From: Candidatus Omnitrophota bacterium
GTDB taxonomy: Bacteria; Omnitrophota; Gorgyraeia; Gygaellales; Profunditerraquicolaceae
Reading direction: 5' to 3'
NCBI GenBank assembly: GCA_028715415.1
Contig: JAQURX010000002.1
Span: 4,703 to 68,702 of the forward strand
DNA length: 64,000 bases
The text below holds more notes on this DNA, generated by a model. It did no database searches and was not told the DNA's origin. It saw only the letters and a program-made list of their open reading frames with translations. The stretch's first letter is position 1. The letters are not shown here.

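Noticed and set aside
18079-64000. About 55 minus-strand ORFs of 60-257 aa from the ORF track, lying inside the giant + strand ORF (e.g. 43088-43861, 23783-24364, 34763-35248, 37901-38389, 39194-39607, 35762-36169)
   Set aside because: They are all antisense to a continuous, motif-rich + strand reading frame. Their translations are low-complexity (Ser/Leu/Ile/Phe-rich) with no recognisable motifs. They are typical shadow ORFs of an AT-rich coding strand.

Overview
AT-rich (about 38% GC) bacterial window with three parts.

(1) Positions 1-16481 hold a tight-adherence (Tad/Flp) pilus locus on the + strand. It encodes CpaB, a CpaC secretin carrying a TonB-C-like tail, a single-polypeptide CpaE(TadZ)-CpaF(TadA) ATPase fusion, a DUF192 protein, and an HTH protein with a long Pro/Glu-rich linker. 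These are followed by a promoter and a riboswitch-like leader, at least nine Flp-type pilin or pseudopilin paralogs (G/A-QSTLEY processing motif), TadB, TadC, TadE-like, TadG-like and a lipoprotein.

(2) Positions 16490-17080 are an intergenic control region. It holds a cluster of ATGTCCAATCTG-like direct repeats, a long imperfect hairpin, a near-consensus sigma70 promoter, and a sequence strongly resembling a c-di-GMP-I (GEMM) riboswitch with an overlapping intrinsic terminator.

(3) A Gly/Ala-rich secreted protein (17080-18078) sits immediately upstream. Overlapping its stop codon (TAATG), one continuous + strand reading frame starts at 18078 and runs to the end of the window with no stop. 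That is more than 45.9 kb, or more than 15,300 codons. The supplied ORF track lists no + strand ORF in this frame, which fits a single giant gene truncated by the window edge. Reading the frame reveals many transmembrane segments and embedded enzyme-like modules: a C39-like Cys peptidase, YTP-rich repeats, an M50 HExxH metalloprotease, a GT2 glycosyltransferase, a CheD-like fold, SleB-like and M15-like peptidoglycan hydrolases, a P-loop kinase-like module, a glutaredoxin-like module, tandem CBM-like modules, and a clan GH-A glycoside hydrolase.

The combination of a Tad pilus locus, riboswitch control and a giant multi-enzyme membrane protein resembles the giant-gene loci reported in Omnitrophota-like uncultivated bacteria. 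It may be an attachment and cell-wall-attack system. No rRNA, tRNA, CRISPR array or IS element was recognised.
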